From: Hyalangium minutum
GTDB lineage: Bacteria > Myxococcota > Myxococcia > Myxococcales > Myxococcaceae
Reading direction: 5' to 3'
Length of the DNA stretch: 124,000 nucleotides
Assembly (NCBI RefSeq): GCF_000737315.1
Contig: NZ_JMCB01000008.1
Coordinates: 20,001 to 144,000 of the forward strand
Below are positions 21,119 through 31,281 of this stretch, one piece after another. Numbering within the stretch: the first letter of the stretch is position 1; the number at the start of each line of letters is the position of its first letter. The translations under genes were made by a program, and so were the position numbers. The notes under the pieces were generated by a model, which was not told where the DNA came from, did no database searches, and worked only from the letters and a program-made list of their open reading frames with translations.

Positions 21119-22222
21119 TCACGTGGCGATGGGCTCTTCTTCGACTTCAGGCGTCTCGGGCTCCGAGGGGTCCTGCGCCTCGACGGCAGCCGCTTCCTTG
21201 GACGCCTCGGCCTTGGCCACCTCGAACTTGTCGTAAGCCCGGATGACTTCCTGGACGAGGGGGTGGCGTACCACATCCACCTCCGAGAACTCGGAGAAGC
21301 AGATGCCTTCGATGTTCCGGAGGATGGACCGGGCGTGGTTCAGGCCGGACATCTTCCCCACGGGCAGGTCCACCTGCGTCACGTCACCCGTCACCACGGC
21401 CTTGCTGTTGTAGCCCAGGCGCGTGAGGAACATCTTCATCTGCTCGACGGTGGTGTTCTGCGCCTCGTCGAGGATGACGAACGCGTCATTGAGCGTGCGG
21501 CCGCGCATGAAGGCCAGCGGGGCCACTTCGATGACGCCCTGCTCCACGAGCGCCGAGGCACGGTCTCCCGCCATCATGTCGTGCAGCGCGTCATAGAGCG
21601 GCCGCAGGTACGGGTTCACCTTCTCCGCCAGGTCTCCGGGCAGGAAGCCGAGCTTCTCGCCCGCCTCCACCGCCGGCCGAGCCAGGATGATGCGCTTGAC
21701 CTTGCGCTCCTGGAGGAAGGCGACGGCCATGGCCATGGCCAGGTAGGTTTTTCCCGTACCGGCCGGGCCAATGCCGAAGACGATGTCGTGGGAGCGGATG
21801 GCCTCCACGTAGCGCTTCTGGGCAATGCTCTTGGGAGCAATCTGGCGGTTGCCGGAGCTCTTGAGGACAGGGCCCAGCATGACTTCGCCCAGGGACTCGG
21901 CACCGCCGCGGCCCAGGACCTTGATGGCCTGCTCCACGTCCTCGCGGTACACGGTGCGTCCGGCGCGGATCATCTCCTCGAGGTTCTCCACGAGGCGCAC
22001 AGCGAAGGCCACCGCATCCGAAGGGCCGGACAGGAGCAGCTCGGTGCCGCGCTGTCCCACACGCACGCCGAGGCGCCGCTCCATCAACTTCAGGTTTTCA
22101 TTCTGGTTGCCGCACAGCGCCAAGGCGGTCTGATTGTCCTGAACATCGACCTTGGCAGAGGTGGGGCGGACGGCGGGCGCTTCCAACGTGGCAGGGTTTC
22201 TCAAGTAGGTCCGTTCCTCCAT
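21119..22222 (-). CDS. phoH: PhoH-family ATPase (YbeZ-like)
   Basis: [44 protein letters not shown]. Confidence 0.95.
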   Translation of the reverse strand: MEERTYLRNPATLEAPAVRPTSAKVDVQDNQTALALCGNQNENLKLMERRLGVRVGQRGTELLLSGPSDAVAFAVRLVENLEEMIRAGRTVYREDVEQAIKVLGRGGAESLGEVMLGPVLKSSGNRQIAPKSIAQKRYVEAIRSHDIVFGIGPAGTGKTYLAMAMAVAFLQERKVKRIILARPAVEAGEKLGFLPGDLAEKVNPYLRPLYDALHDMMAGDRASALVEQGVIEVAPLAFMRGRTLNDAFVILDEAQNTTVEQMKMFLTRLGYNSKAVVTGDVTQVDLPVGKMSGLNHARSILRNIEGICFSEFSEVDVVRHPLVQEVIRAYDKFEVAKAEASKEAAAVEAQDPSEPETPEVEEEPIAT

Positions 22223-22290
22223 TCAGCTCACTATCCCGGACTCAACGTAACGTCGGCCCCTGACCCGGGAAAGGGAGGCAGGCGAGCGGG

Positions 22291-23463
22291 CTACTGGAGG
22301 GGAGGCAGCAACACGAACTCCCGAGCAGCCAGCCGGCGGTAATAGTACTGCTCCCGCCAGGGGTAACGCAGCTCTTCTGGCTTTAACAGCCCGGCCTCCA
22401 CCAGCGCATCCAACTTCTCGGGCAGCTCTCCCCGCTCCAGGCGGAACACCTCCAGCGCGGCCTCAATCCGCTTGACTTGGGCACGGGAGATGAAGCGCTC
22501 GGCCGCTGGGTCGGAGAACGTGGAGGCAGGCGTGCTGGCCAATGAGATGGCGCCCGAGAGCTGGGCCACCACGAAGAGGATGGCACCCAGGGCGGCCATG
22601 CTGGCGCTGAGGTTGCCGAGGCCCCGGCCCACCTTCTGGATGACGCCGTTGCGCTCGGTCGTGGTCCCCGCACCATCCGCCGAGGAGGGCTTGATGTACT
22701 GCAGGTTGATCAGGTTGAGCAGGGCCTTGCAGGTCTCGAACTCGCCCAGGCAGCAGATGTCGATCAGCTTCCGGACGTCGCGGCCCGGACCGACCTTCTC
22801 GTAGACGGCGCGCTCGGAGTCGCCCACGGACGCGAAGTCACCCTTGTTCTCGTCCTTCTTCTTCTCCGCGAACGCGTCATCGAAGGCCGCGTCGAAGTCC
22901 ACCTCTTGCTTGCGAGGGGGCGGCAGCGGCTTGAGCGTCTCGAAGGTCGTCTCGTACCGGTTGATCTTCTTTCGGATCACCGGCCATTCGTCGACCATCC
23001 GGAAGCCTTCCATCAGCACCGACTCGGCACGCAGGGGCGTAATGGCCTCCGAGTCGTTCTCGACGGGCTCCGCCTTGAACTCGTAGGTGCCCGCGTCCCA
23101 GCTGAAGAGGCGGTAGATGGTCTCCGTCGCCTGCAACTGCATCATCTTCTTGAAGCGGTCGGCGGTGATGGCGCCGCTGGAGACGAGCACGTCCCCGAGC
23201 CGCTTCAAGGTGCGGCGCTGTGTCTCCAGCGCCTCGTCGAGCTGAGCCTCGGTGATGATCTCGGCCCGGACGAGCATGCTGCCGATGAGGTCCTTCTTCT
23301 TACGGGTGACGCTCTCCACCCGGGCGATGTTGCCGTCCTTGAAGAAGATGTTGACCTCCTGCTCCTTGTTGGCCAGGCAGAGCTGCCCTGTCTTCTGCTG
23401 CTGGCCAATGAGCTGCAGGATGTCGGCGATTCCGAAGTCCTTGAGGGTTCCCTGAAGAGCCAT
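22291..23463 (-). CDS. DUF4388 domain protein with C-terminal TM and pseudopilin-like tail
   Basis: MALQGTLKDFGIADILQLI..QQKTG.L start; TM followed by LEVFRLERGELP...LRYPW. Confidence 0.8.
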   Translation of the reverse strand: MALQGTLKDFGIADILQLIGQQQKTGQLCLANKEQEVNIFFKDGNIARVESVTRKKKDLIGSMLVRAEIITEAQLDEALETQRRTLKRLGDVLVSSGAITADRFKKMMQLQATETIYRLFSWDAGTYEFKAEPVENDSEAITPLRAESVLMEGFRMVDEWPVIRKKINRYETTFETLKPLPPPRKQEVDFDAAFDDAFAEKKKDENKGDFASVGDSERAVYEKVGPGRDVRKLIDICCLGEFETCKALLNLINLQYIKPSSADGAGTTTERNGVIQKVGRGLGNLSASMAALGAILFVVAQLSGAISLASTPASTFSDPAAERFISRAQVKRIEAALEVFRLERGELPEKLDALVEAGLLKPEELRYPWREQYYYRRLAAREFVLLPPLQ

Positions 23464-23475
23464 GGTGTTTCGGCA

Positions 23476-25710
23476 CTACTCCGCCTGGCGCTTGCGCAGC
23501 CCGCGCAGCGTCAAGAGATAGAGAGGAAGGATCAGCAGCGCGGCCGGGAGGATCTTCAGATACACCGGAGCCTCGCCATACGGGGGTGGGAACAAGCCGT
23601 CACGCAAGAACACGACGGACAGGGCCAGCAGGAACAAGAAGCTGTAGATGGCCCCGCGGATGGGCAGCCCGGAGAAGATGTGGCCCGCTCCGGATATCAG
23701 TGCCCCGAGCGCCAGGGCCAACCGGCCCATCCACGTCTGGTGGCGCTGGACCTCGGCCTGCTTGCGGGCCCGGAGCTGCTCGGGCACCACGCCCTTGCGG
23801 GCGAAGACGTTGGTGCACTGGCTGCACATGAACGCGCCCCGGCCCAGCTCCGGATCGCAGCGGCGGCACACCGGACGGCCGCACTTGTCGCAGGACTTCG
23901 TCGCCACCAGCCGGTCCCGGGCGTAGCCCCACGCGAAGAAGATCAGCGCGAAGACGAAGGGGTACACGCGCGCGACCATGCCCGAGGCCCCCAGCAGCAC
24001 GCGATCGAGCTGGGTCTCCACACGCTCGCTGGAGGTCGAGCCATCCGCCAGGGCCAGAACCTCGCCCATGGGAAGCGTCGGAGACAGCAGGAGCAGGTTC
24101 ACCAGGAGGCGGTCGTCCTTGGGGAGATCCCGCTGCAGAAGGTCGGGATCCAGCCGCTGCGCCACATCCATGGTCTGCTTGGCGCGCTCCAGCGCGGCGC
24201 CCACCTGGGCATCCGGCAGCCCACGGGCCTGGTGCCGATAGAGCAGCGCCAGATTGTAGGGAGCGGCCGCGAGCGAGCCATCCGCCTGCTGCGCCTCCTG
24301 GTAGAGCCGCGTGGCGCCCTCCATGTCCTCGGCGGCCAGCAGCACGTTGCCGTAGTTGGTGAGCAGCAGGGCGTTGCGCTGCTTCAGGGCCGCCGCCGCC
24401 TTGTAGGCCGAGGCGGCCTCCTGGAGCTGCCCCCGGCGGGCCTGGTAGCGCCCGAGCGCGAACAGCTCCGCGAAGGTGGCCTCCTTGTTGGCCTGGCGCT
24501 CGAGCACCCGCGCCGCCGCGTCATCGCCGGTGAAGCCGCCGCGCTCCAGCAGGTACACGTCCTCGGCCACCGTGCCCGCGAAAGCGGTGACACCGGCCAG
24601 CTGGCCCGCGGCCAGAGGAATGGCCCCGACCAGCGCCAGCAGCACCGCCGCCACGGCGCGCTCGGTCACCGTCAGGTAGAGCGCCGTCGCCGCGAACAGC
24701 ACGAGCAGCACCGGCACCACCCCCAGCCCCAGCAGCAGCGGCGTGAGCAGCACCGCCGCCGCCACCGCGATGGACTGGATGCGGCCCAGCCCGCGCGGGA
24801 ACAGGTGGTGGAAGTCATGAAGGATGTAGCGCAGCCGCTTGCCGAAGAGCACGCCCACCACCGCCACCGCCGTGGCCAGCAGCGCCAGCAGCGCCATGGC
24901 CCCCACGTTCGCCAGCGCCGGCCGCCAGAAGCGAGGATCCTTCACCATCGCGCTGACGCCCGCTTGGACTTCGCCCACGTAGTTGCCCACGGCGCCCAGG
25001 TTGTTGCGCGCATAGGCATCCGCCAGCGCGAAGTGCGCGTACGGCAGGTTCGGCGAGAGCGACACCGCGGCCTCGGCCAGCTTGATGGCCCGGCCCGTGT
25101 CCTTGGCCTTGAGCTTCTCCTGAGACTCCCTCAGCAAGCTCACGCTGAAGGCGTCGAAATCGGTCGCGGACACCTCGTCTCGCAGCTGGAGCAGGGCCAT
25201 GCGCCCCTTCTCCGCCTCTGCCGCGTCTCCCTTCTGCCGGGACTCCTTCCAGCGATTCCAGACCAACAGCAGATCCGCGTCCGAGATGCGCGGCGCCAGC
25301 AGGGGCGGCGGAGGCGCCCGGGTCGGCTCGGGGGGCTTCGCGGGCGTGGCCGTGCCGGGCACTCCCGTTGGAGTCCCTTCCGGGCTTCCCGGTGCCGGGA
25401 CCGGGGTGGGAGAGGCGGGCGTGCCCGGCTTCTTCAGATCCGGCGGAGGCGGAGCCTCGGCCTCAGCGTCGGGGTCGGCCTCCTCTTCCTCGTCGCGCTG
25501 GGCCTTGGCGCCCTTGCCCTTCTTCTTCTTCTTGGGCGGCGGATCCTCATCCTCGTAGGCGGAGTCGTCCGAGTCGCTGTCCGAGCTGACGTCGGGATCC
25601 ACCTCCTGGAGAGGCGTGGGCGTGTCGATCTGCGCGTTCGCCCTCACGGCCGTGAGCAGCGAAAGGCAGAAGAGCACCGGGAGGAGACGAGAACAAAAGG
25701 AGTGAGGCAT
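23476..25710 (-). CDS. Membrane TPR-repeat protein
   Basis: Signal peptide, acidic/Pro linker, TPR helices, TM bundle, CxxC..CxxC..CxxC cluster and C-terminal TMs; start inferred. Confidence 0.7.
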   Translation of the reverse strand: MPHSFCSRLLPVLFCLSLLTAVRANAQIDTPTPLQEVDPDVSSDSDSDDSAYEDEDPPPKKKKKGKGAKAQRDEEEEADPDAEAEAPPPPDLKKPGTPASPTPVPAPGSPEGTPTGVPGTATPAKPPEPTRAPPPPLLAPRISDADLLLVWNRWKESRQKGDAAEAEKGRMALLQLRDEVSATDFDAFSVSLLRESQEKLKAKDTGRAIKLAEAAVSLSPNLPYAHFALADAYARNNLGAVGNYVGEVQAGVSAMVKDPRFWRPALANVGAMALLALLATAVAVVGVLFGKRLRYILHDFHHLFPRGLGRIQSIAVAAAVLLTPLLLGLGVVPVLLVLFAATALYLTVTERAVAAVLLALVGAIPLAAGQLAGVTAFAGTVAEDVYLLERGGFTGDDAAARVLERQANKEATFAELFALGRYQARRGQLQEAASAYKAAAALKQRNALLLTNYGNVLLAAEDMEGATRLYQEAQQADGSLAAAPYNLALLYRHQARGLPDAQVGAALERAKQTMDVAQRLDPDLLQRDLPKDDRLLVNLLLLSPTLPMGEVLALADGSTSSERVETQLDRVLLGASGMVARVYPFVFALIFFAWGYARDRLVATKSCDKCGRPVCRRCDPELGRGAFMCSQCTNVFARKGVVPEQLRARKQAEVQRHQTWMGRLALALGALISGAGHIFSGLPIRGAIYSFLFLLALSVVFLRDGLFPPPYGEAPVYLKILPAALLILPLYLLTLRGLRKRQAE

Positions 25711-25858
25711 CCGGACTTTCGATGATAGGCGAGGCCCCCGAACGGCGAAAGCAATCGCCCCCCTCCCGCCCCCTGGCTTACCGGGTAGGCGGCCATTTCC
25801 GGGGATCGAGCAGCCAAGCCCTGGCAGAGACCAGGCCGGTTCGGAGGTTGGTCCACAC

Positions 25859-27034
25859 ATGAGCGCAAGTGGGTCGGAGCTGGAACGGTTGGTGCGGATC
25901 ATGGAGCGCCTACGGGCCGATGGGGGCTGCCCCTGGGACCGGGAGCAGGACCTGCGCTCGATGCGCCCCTACCTCGTCGAGGAGACCTTCGAGGTGCTCG
26001 ATGAGATGGACCGGGTGGCCTACGGCGGGCCGTGGCGCTCGCTGTGCGAGGAGCTGGGAGATCTCCTCTTCCAGATCGTCTTCCACGCCCAGCTGGCGGC
26101 CGAGAAGGGCGAGTTCACCATGGCCGACGTCTGCCGCGCCATCAGCGACAAGATCGAGAGCCGCCACCCCCACGTCTTCGGCCAGCGCGAGGTGAAGGGC
26201 TCCGAGGAGGTCCTCTTCAACTGGGCCAAGCTCAAGGCCGAGGAGAAGAAGCGCAAGACGGGCCGGGAGGGCTCGGTGCTCGACGGCGTGCCCACCGCCG
26301 CCCCCGGCCTGCTGCGCGCCGAGCGCCTCACCGAGAAGGCCAGCCGCATCGGCTTCGACTGGCCGGACGTCGCGGGCGTGCGCGCCAAGCTCGACGAGGA
26401 GCTGCGCGAGCTGGACGAGGCCATTGCCTCCGGCAACCGGGACGAGCTCGAGCACGAGCTGGGCGATGTCCTCTTCTCCCTGGCCAACCTGGGCCGCTTC
26501 CTCAAGACGCCGCCCGAGGACGCCCTGCGCATGGCCATCCGCCGCTTCATCACCCGCTTCCAGCACATTGAATCCGCGCTGAAGGCCGAGGGCGTCCCCC
26601 TAGGTGAGGCCACATTGGAGCACATGGAGCGACACTGGCAGGCAGCCAAGAAGGCGGAGAAGGCCCTGCCGCCCCCCGCTTCCCTGCCCCGGGCGCCGCT
26701 CACCTCGCTGCGGTTCTCCGTGCCGGACGTGAAGGCGCAGAAGGCGTTCTGGGACACCGTGGCGCCGCTGATCGGCTGGCGAAGCGAGCGCGGCACTCCG
26801 GGCGAGGCCCACTACGGCGATGGGGCCCTGCGCCTGGAGTTCGCTCCAGGAGCGGGCTCGGGAGCCTCCGCAGGCGCTGCGCCCACGCTGTCCCTGGGGG
26901 CACCGTCTGATCGGGCGCTGAAGCGGCTCCGGGAGGCACTGGAGGCCTCGCACCCGGGGGCAGTACAGACGGCCGAGCCCTCACGGATCCGGTTCCGGGA
27001 CCCGGCCGGACTGCTCTGGGACTACACCGCGTAG
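25859..27034 (+). CDS. mazG: MazG NTP pyrophosphohydrolase with C-terminal VOC-like extension
   Basis: GCPWDREQ, EELGDLLFQIVFH, KASRIGFDW, ELGDVLFSLANL. Confidence 0.92.
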   Translation: MSASGSELERLVRIMERLRADGGCPWDREQDLRSMRPYLVEETFEVLDEMDRVAYGGPWRSLCEELGDLLFQIVFHAQLAAEKGEFTMADVCRAISDKIESRHPHVFGQREVKGSEEVLFNWAKLKAEEKKRKTGREGSVLDGVPTAAPGLLRAERLTEKASRIGFDWPDVAGVRAKLDEELRELDEAIASGNRDELEHELGDVLFSLANLGRFLKTPPEDALRMAIRRFITRFQHIESALKAEGVPLGEATLEHMERHWQAAKKAEKALPPPASLPRAPLTSLRFSVPDVKAQKAFWDTVAPLIGWRSERGTPGEAHYGDGALRLEFAPGAGSGASAGAAPTLSLGAPSDRALKRLREALEASHPGAVQTAEPSRIRFRDPAGLLWDYTA

Positions 27035-27126
27035 AACGAGCACCTTGACGCTCGGGGGACCTCGCTGTAGGTACGCCCCCCTCTTTTCAGGTTTCAGGAT
27101 TCCACAGCAGTCCGTTGGAGATTACC

Positions 27127-27402
27127 TTGGCGAACACCAAGTCCGCAGAGAAGCGTAACCGTCAGGCCCAGAAGCGCCGCGCTCGCAACACCACCGTGCG
27201 CACCACCGTCAAGACCGCCCTGAAGAAGGCCCGCGAGACCATCGCGACCAAGGACGCGGCGAAGACCCCGGACGCCCTGAAGGACGCCATCCGCACGCTG
27301 AACAAGGCCGCCTCCAAGGGCGTGATTCACCCGCGCAACGCCTCGCGCCGCATCGCCCGCCTGACCAAGGCCGCCCAGGCCTCCAAGGCCGCGACCAAGT
27401 AA
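27127..27402 (+). CDS. rpsT: 30S ribosomal protein S20
   Basis: ANTKSAEKR, KGVIHPRNASRRIARL; TTG start inferred. Confidence 0.97.
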   Translation: MANTKSAEKRNRQAQKRRARNTTVRTTVKTALKKARETIATKDAAKTPDALKDAIRTLNKAASKGVIHPRNASRRIARLTKAAQASKAATK

Positions 27403-27448
27403 TCCTGCCGCTGTCCTGTGCTGCTCCGAAGCGCTCCTCGCGGGCGCT

Positions 27449-27964
27449 TCACCAGTTGCGGGCCAGCCGCTCGTAGGCCTCGCGCATCAGCGTCTCCGAG
27501 AGACGGTGGAGCGCGGCCTGGCGGTTGGCCTCGGCTTCCAGCACATCACCGCTGCCCGGGAGGTAGTCCTCCGTGCCGGACACGCTCGTGTCCGCGAGGA
27601 CTTGCTCGCCCTTGAGCAGCCGGAGGCGCACCTCCGCGAAGGCCCGGTAGCTGGCCAGCTGCGCCGGCGTCTCCGGTGTGGGCTCGGTGACGATCGTCGG
27701 CGAGCTGTTCACGTTCGTCACCACCCCTTCGAGGCGGGCCTCGCAGATGCCCCCATCCCCCAGTGTCCCCACGCGCAGCAGTTCCTGGCGCATCGCCTGG
27801 GTGAAGAGCGTCTCCAGGCCCGGCTCGGGGGTCTCGTTCTGGAAGACGGGGGCGCAGACGGAGCGCACGCCCTCGGGCAGCGTCGTCTCGCGAGGCACGA
27901 AGCGGTAGCCGCACCCCAGTCCCGCCACGAGCACCGCCGCCAGCGCCACACAGAGCCGAGCCAT
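27449..27964 (-). CDS. lptE: LPS assembly lipoprotein LptE
   Basis: Lipobox ...AGLGCGYRF, V..PVFQN.T; located downstream of leuS. Confidence 0.8.
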   Translation of the reverse strand: MARLCVALAAVLVAGLGCGYRFVPRETTLPEGVRSVCAPVFQNETPEPGLETLFTQAMRQELLRVGTLGDGGICEARLEGVVTNVNSSPTIVTEPTPETPAQLASYRAFAEVRLRLLKGEQVLADTSVSGTEDYLPGSGDVLEAEANRQAALHRLSETLMREAYERLARNW

Positions 27965-28013
27965 GGCGCTCACAGTATCGGGCTGCGATCGCCGGTCAAG
28001 CGCCCGAGCCCAC

Positions 28014-28568
28014 CTAGCGCTCTGGGCCCTGGACGGAGATACCGCGCGAGGCCAGCGCCTGCGTGGCCTCGGTCCAAGCCTTGTCCAGCGCGCGCCACCG
28101 CCGGGAGCCGGGCCACAGCGCGTCCAGAAACCACCGGAGCTCCTGGCCCTCACGCGTGCGCACCACAAGGCGGCAATTGCTCAGAACGTAGATGGGGAGC
28201 CCCAAGCACAGCACGAGCACTCCGAGCCAGAGCAAGGACGGCCGCACCCAGTACAGGACGACGAGGTTCGCCACCGCGAGGGGCAGAAAGTACATGTTCG
28301 ATCGACGCTGCAGCCGCACCGTCTCGATCCGCGCGAGCTCCAGGGTCACGGGAGCCGCGCGAGGGCCCGCCTGATAGAGCAGAGCGTTCCCCACGCCCGC
28401 GATGGAGCGGCCGGCGCGGCCCTCGAGCCGAAGGAAGGCCGCATCCGGTGGGGAGCCCCCGGGCATGGGGGCATCCGGCAGCGGCTCGCCGCACACCGCA
28501 CACGGGCCCCGGCGGGCCGGCTGCGGCCTCCGGCACCTCGTACACATGACGAGGACCTCGGTCGGCAC
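28014..28568 (-). CDS. Hypothetical membrane protein with N-terminal zinc ribbon
   Basis: CTRC...CAVCG plus two TM segments; lies between leuS and lptE on the same strand. Confidence 0.6.
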   Translation of the reverse strand: MPTEVLVMCTRCRRPQPARRGPCAVCGEPLPDAPMPGGSPPDAAFLRLEGRAGRSIAGVGNALLYQAGPRAAPVTLELARIETVRLQRRSNMYFLPLAVANLVVLYWVRPSLLWLGVLVLCLGLPIYVLSNCRLVVRTREGQELRWFLDALWPGSRRWRALDKAWTEATQALASRGISVQGPER

Positions 28569-28583
28569 CGGGGCTCCCTCCGA

Positions 28584-31082
28584 TCAGCCGACGACGAAGT
28601 TCACCAGCCGCTTCGGGACGAAGACGAACTTGCGCAGCGTCTTGCCCGCCATGGCCGCCTTGACCCGCTCGTCCGCCTCGGCGGCGGCGCGCACCGCCGC
28701 CTCGTCCGCGTCCACGGGCACCTTGATCTCCGCGCGCAGCTTGCCGTTGACCTGCACCGCGTAGGGGATCTCGTCATCCACCACGAGCGCCGGATCAAAC
28801 GCCGGCCACTCCTGGTTCACGAGGAGCACCTTGGAGCCGTAGGCCTCGGCCAGCTCGTCGGCGATGTGCGGGGCGAACGGCGTGAGCATCACCGCCAGCA
28901 GCCGGATGGCCTCGGCCATGGCTGCCTTCTCCGCCGGCGTCTCGACCGTGCCCACCCCGTAGAGCACATTGATGTACTCCATGACGCCCGCGATGGCGGT
29001 GTTGAAGGACAGGCGCTCGATGGCCTCCCCCACCCGCTTCAGCGTCTTGTGCGCGGCGCGGCGGATCTCCAGCGCCTTGCCCTCGTACGTCCCGGAGTGC
29101 GTGGAGCCCACGACGCCCTCGTGCGTGGCGGCCAGCGTCCACACGCGCTTGAGGAAGCGGAAGGCGCCCTCCACCTGGGCATCGGACCAGTCGAAGTCGC
29201 GCTCGGGCGGGCCCGCGAAGAGCACATAGGTGCGCGCCGTGTCCGCGCCGTACTTCCTCACGATGGACGCCGGTGCCACCGAGTTGCCCCAGCGCTTGGA
29301 CATCTTCCGGCCGTCCGGGCCGTTCACGATGCCCTGCGTGACGAGGCGCGTGACGGGCTCGTCCACCGGCGACAAGCCCAGCTCCTTCATCACCCGCGTC
29401 CAGAAGCGGAAGTACAGCAGGTGCATCACCGCGTGCTCGGGGCCACCCACGTAGACGTCCACCGGGAGCCAGCGCTTGGCCTCGGCCGGATCGAACGGCG
29501 CCGCGTCGTAGTGCGGCGACAGGTAGCGCGCGAAGTACCAGCAGGAGTCGACGAACGTGTCCATCGTCTCCGCCTCGCGCCGGGCCGGACCACCGCACTT
29601 GGGGCACGTGGTGTTCACCCACGAGGCCACCTTGGCCAGCGGCGGCTCACCCTTACCGGTGAGCACTGCCTGGGTGTCGATCTCCGGCAGGCGCACCGGC
29701 AGCTGATCCACCGGTACGGGAATGCCGCGGCGCTCCGGATCGCACTTCTCGCAGTAGACGATGGGGATGGGCGTGCCCCAGTAGCGCTGGCGGCTGAAGC
29801 CCCAGTCCTTCTGGCGGTACGTGATGGTGAACTTGCCGCGGCCCTCGGCCTCCAGCTTCGCCGCCATCTTCCGGCGCGCCTCCTCCGAGGTGAGCCCGGT
29901 GTACTCGCCCGAGTCCACCAGCACGCCGTACTCCGTAGAGGCCGCCTCCAGCTTGTCTCCCTCGGGCAGCTTGTCGCCCTTGGCCGGCTGGATGACGACC
30001 TGGATGGGCAGGCTGTACTTGCGAGCGAACTCGAAGTCGCGCGCGTCATGGGCCGGCACACTCATGACCGCGCCCGTGCCGTAGTCGGACAGCACGAAGT
30101 TGGCGATCCAGATGGGCACCGGCTGGCCGGTGAACGGGTTGAGCGCGTACGCGCCCGTGAAGACGCCCTCCTTCGTGGCGCCCTCGGCGGTGCGGTCCGT
30201 CTTGCTGATGGCCGCCATCTTCGCCACGAAGGCATCCACCTCGGCGCGGCGCTCGGGCGTCGTCACCTTGGCCACCAGCTTGTGGTCCGGCGCCAGCACC
30301 ACGTACGTGCAGCCGTAGATGGTGTCGATGCGCGTGGTGAAGACGCGGATCTTCTCCTCGCTGCCCTTCACCGTGAAGTCGGCCTCGGCGCCCTCGGAGC
30401 GGCCGATCCAGTTGCGCTGCATGCTGGTGATGCGCTCGGGCCACTCCTTCAGCTCATCCAGCCCGTCCAGCAGCGCCTGCGAGTACTTCGTGATGCGGAA
30501 CGCCCACTCGGGCATCTCCTTGTCCAGCACCGGCGAGTCACAGCGCTCGCACACGCCCTCCTTCACCTGCTCGTTGGCGATGACGGTGAGGCAGCCGGTG
30601 CACCAGTTCACCTTGCTGAAGCGGCGGTACACCAGTCCGCGCCCCAGCATCTGGATGAAGAACCACTGGTTCCACCGGTAGTACTCGGGCTGGCTGGTGT
30701 TGACCTCGCGCGTCCAGTCGTAGCTGTAGCCCAGCGAGCGGATCTCCGCCTTGAACGAGTCGATGTTCTCCTGCGTCCGCACCGCCGGGTGCACGCCGTC
30801 CTTGATGGCCGCGTTCTCCGCCGGAAGCCCGAACGCGTCCCACCCCATGGGGTGCAGCACGTCGTAACCCTTCATCCGGAAGTAGCGCGCGTACACGTCC
30901 CCGATGAGGTAGTTGCGCACGTGCCCCATGTGCATCTTCCCGCTGGGGTACGGCAGCATCTCGAGGATGTACTTCTTGGGAGCTCCCGGCCGCGTGCCCG
31001 CACGGAACACGCCCTCCTGCTCCCAACGGATCTGCCACTTTCCTTCGATCGTCTGCGGCTCGTAGCGCTCGTTCATCGCCAT
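28584..31082 (-). CDS. leuS: Leucyl-tRNA synthetase
   Basis: HMGH, KMSKR, GWDAFGLPAENAA, CP1 editing domain. Confidence 0.98.
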   Translation of the reverse strand: MAMNERYEPQTIEGKWQIRWEQEGVFRAGTRPGAPKKYILEMLPYPSGKMHMGHVRNYLIGDVYARYFRMKGYDVLHPMGWDAFGLPAENAAIKDGVHPAVRTQENIDSFKAEIRSLGYSYDWTREVNTSQPEYYRWNQWFFIQMLGRGLVYRRFSKVNWCTGCLTVIANEQVKEGVCERCDSPVLDKEMPEWAFRITKYSQALLDGLDELKEWPERITSMQRNWIGRSEGAEADFTVKGSEEKIRVFTTRIDTIYGCTYVVLAPDHKLVAKVTTPERRAEVDAFVAKMAAISKTDRTAEGATKEGVFTGAYALNPFTGQPVPIWIANFVLSDYGTGAVMSVPAHDARDFEFARKYSLPIQVVIQPAKGDKLPEGDKLEAASTEYGVLVDSGEYTGLTSEEARRKMAAKLEAEGRGKFTITYRQKDWGFSRQRYWGTPIPIVYCEKCDPERRGIPVPVDQLPVRLPEIDTQAVLTGKGEPPLAKVASWVNTTCPKCGGPARREAETMDTFVDSCWYFARYLSPHYDAAPFDPAEAKRWLPVDVYVGGPEHAVMHLLYFRFWTRVMKELGLSPVDEPVTRLVTQGIVNGPDGRKMSKRWGNSVAPASIVRKYGADTARTYVLFAGPPERDFDWSDAQVEGAFRFLKRVWTLAATHEGVVGSTHSGTYEGKALEIRRAAHKTLKRVGEAIERLSFNTAIAGVMEYINVLYGVGTVETPAEKAAMAEAIRLLAVMLTPFAPHIADELAEAYGSKVLLVNQEWPAFDPALVVDDEIPYAVQVNGKLRAEIKVPVDADEAAVRAAAEADERVKAAMAGKTLRKFVFVPKRLVNFVVG

Positions 31083-31281
31083 AGGTCGGTGCGCCTCTTA
31101 CGAGACGCCCGCTCGTGACGCAACAGGCTGCGCCCTCTGGAACCGAGGGAAACTCCTACATCGGTCCCTTACAGCCTTCATGAACTTTTCGCTTGCCACT
31201 GTTCATCCTGGGAGTCATGATTTCCCTGTACCCAGAGCAATCAGGACCTGTCGGGGGTCCTTGCGCACCACGGGGGAATCG

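Noticed and set aside
27045-27073. TTGACG-N17-TAGGTA candidate rpsT promoter
   Set aside because: The -10 element lacks the conserved final T; cannot be supported without TSS data
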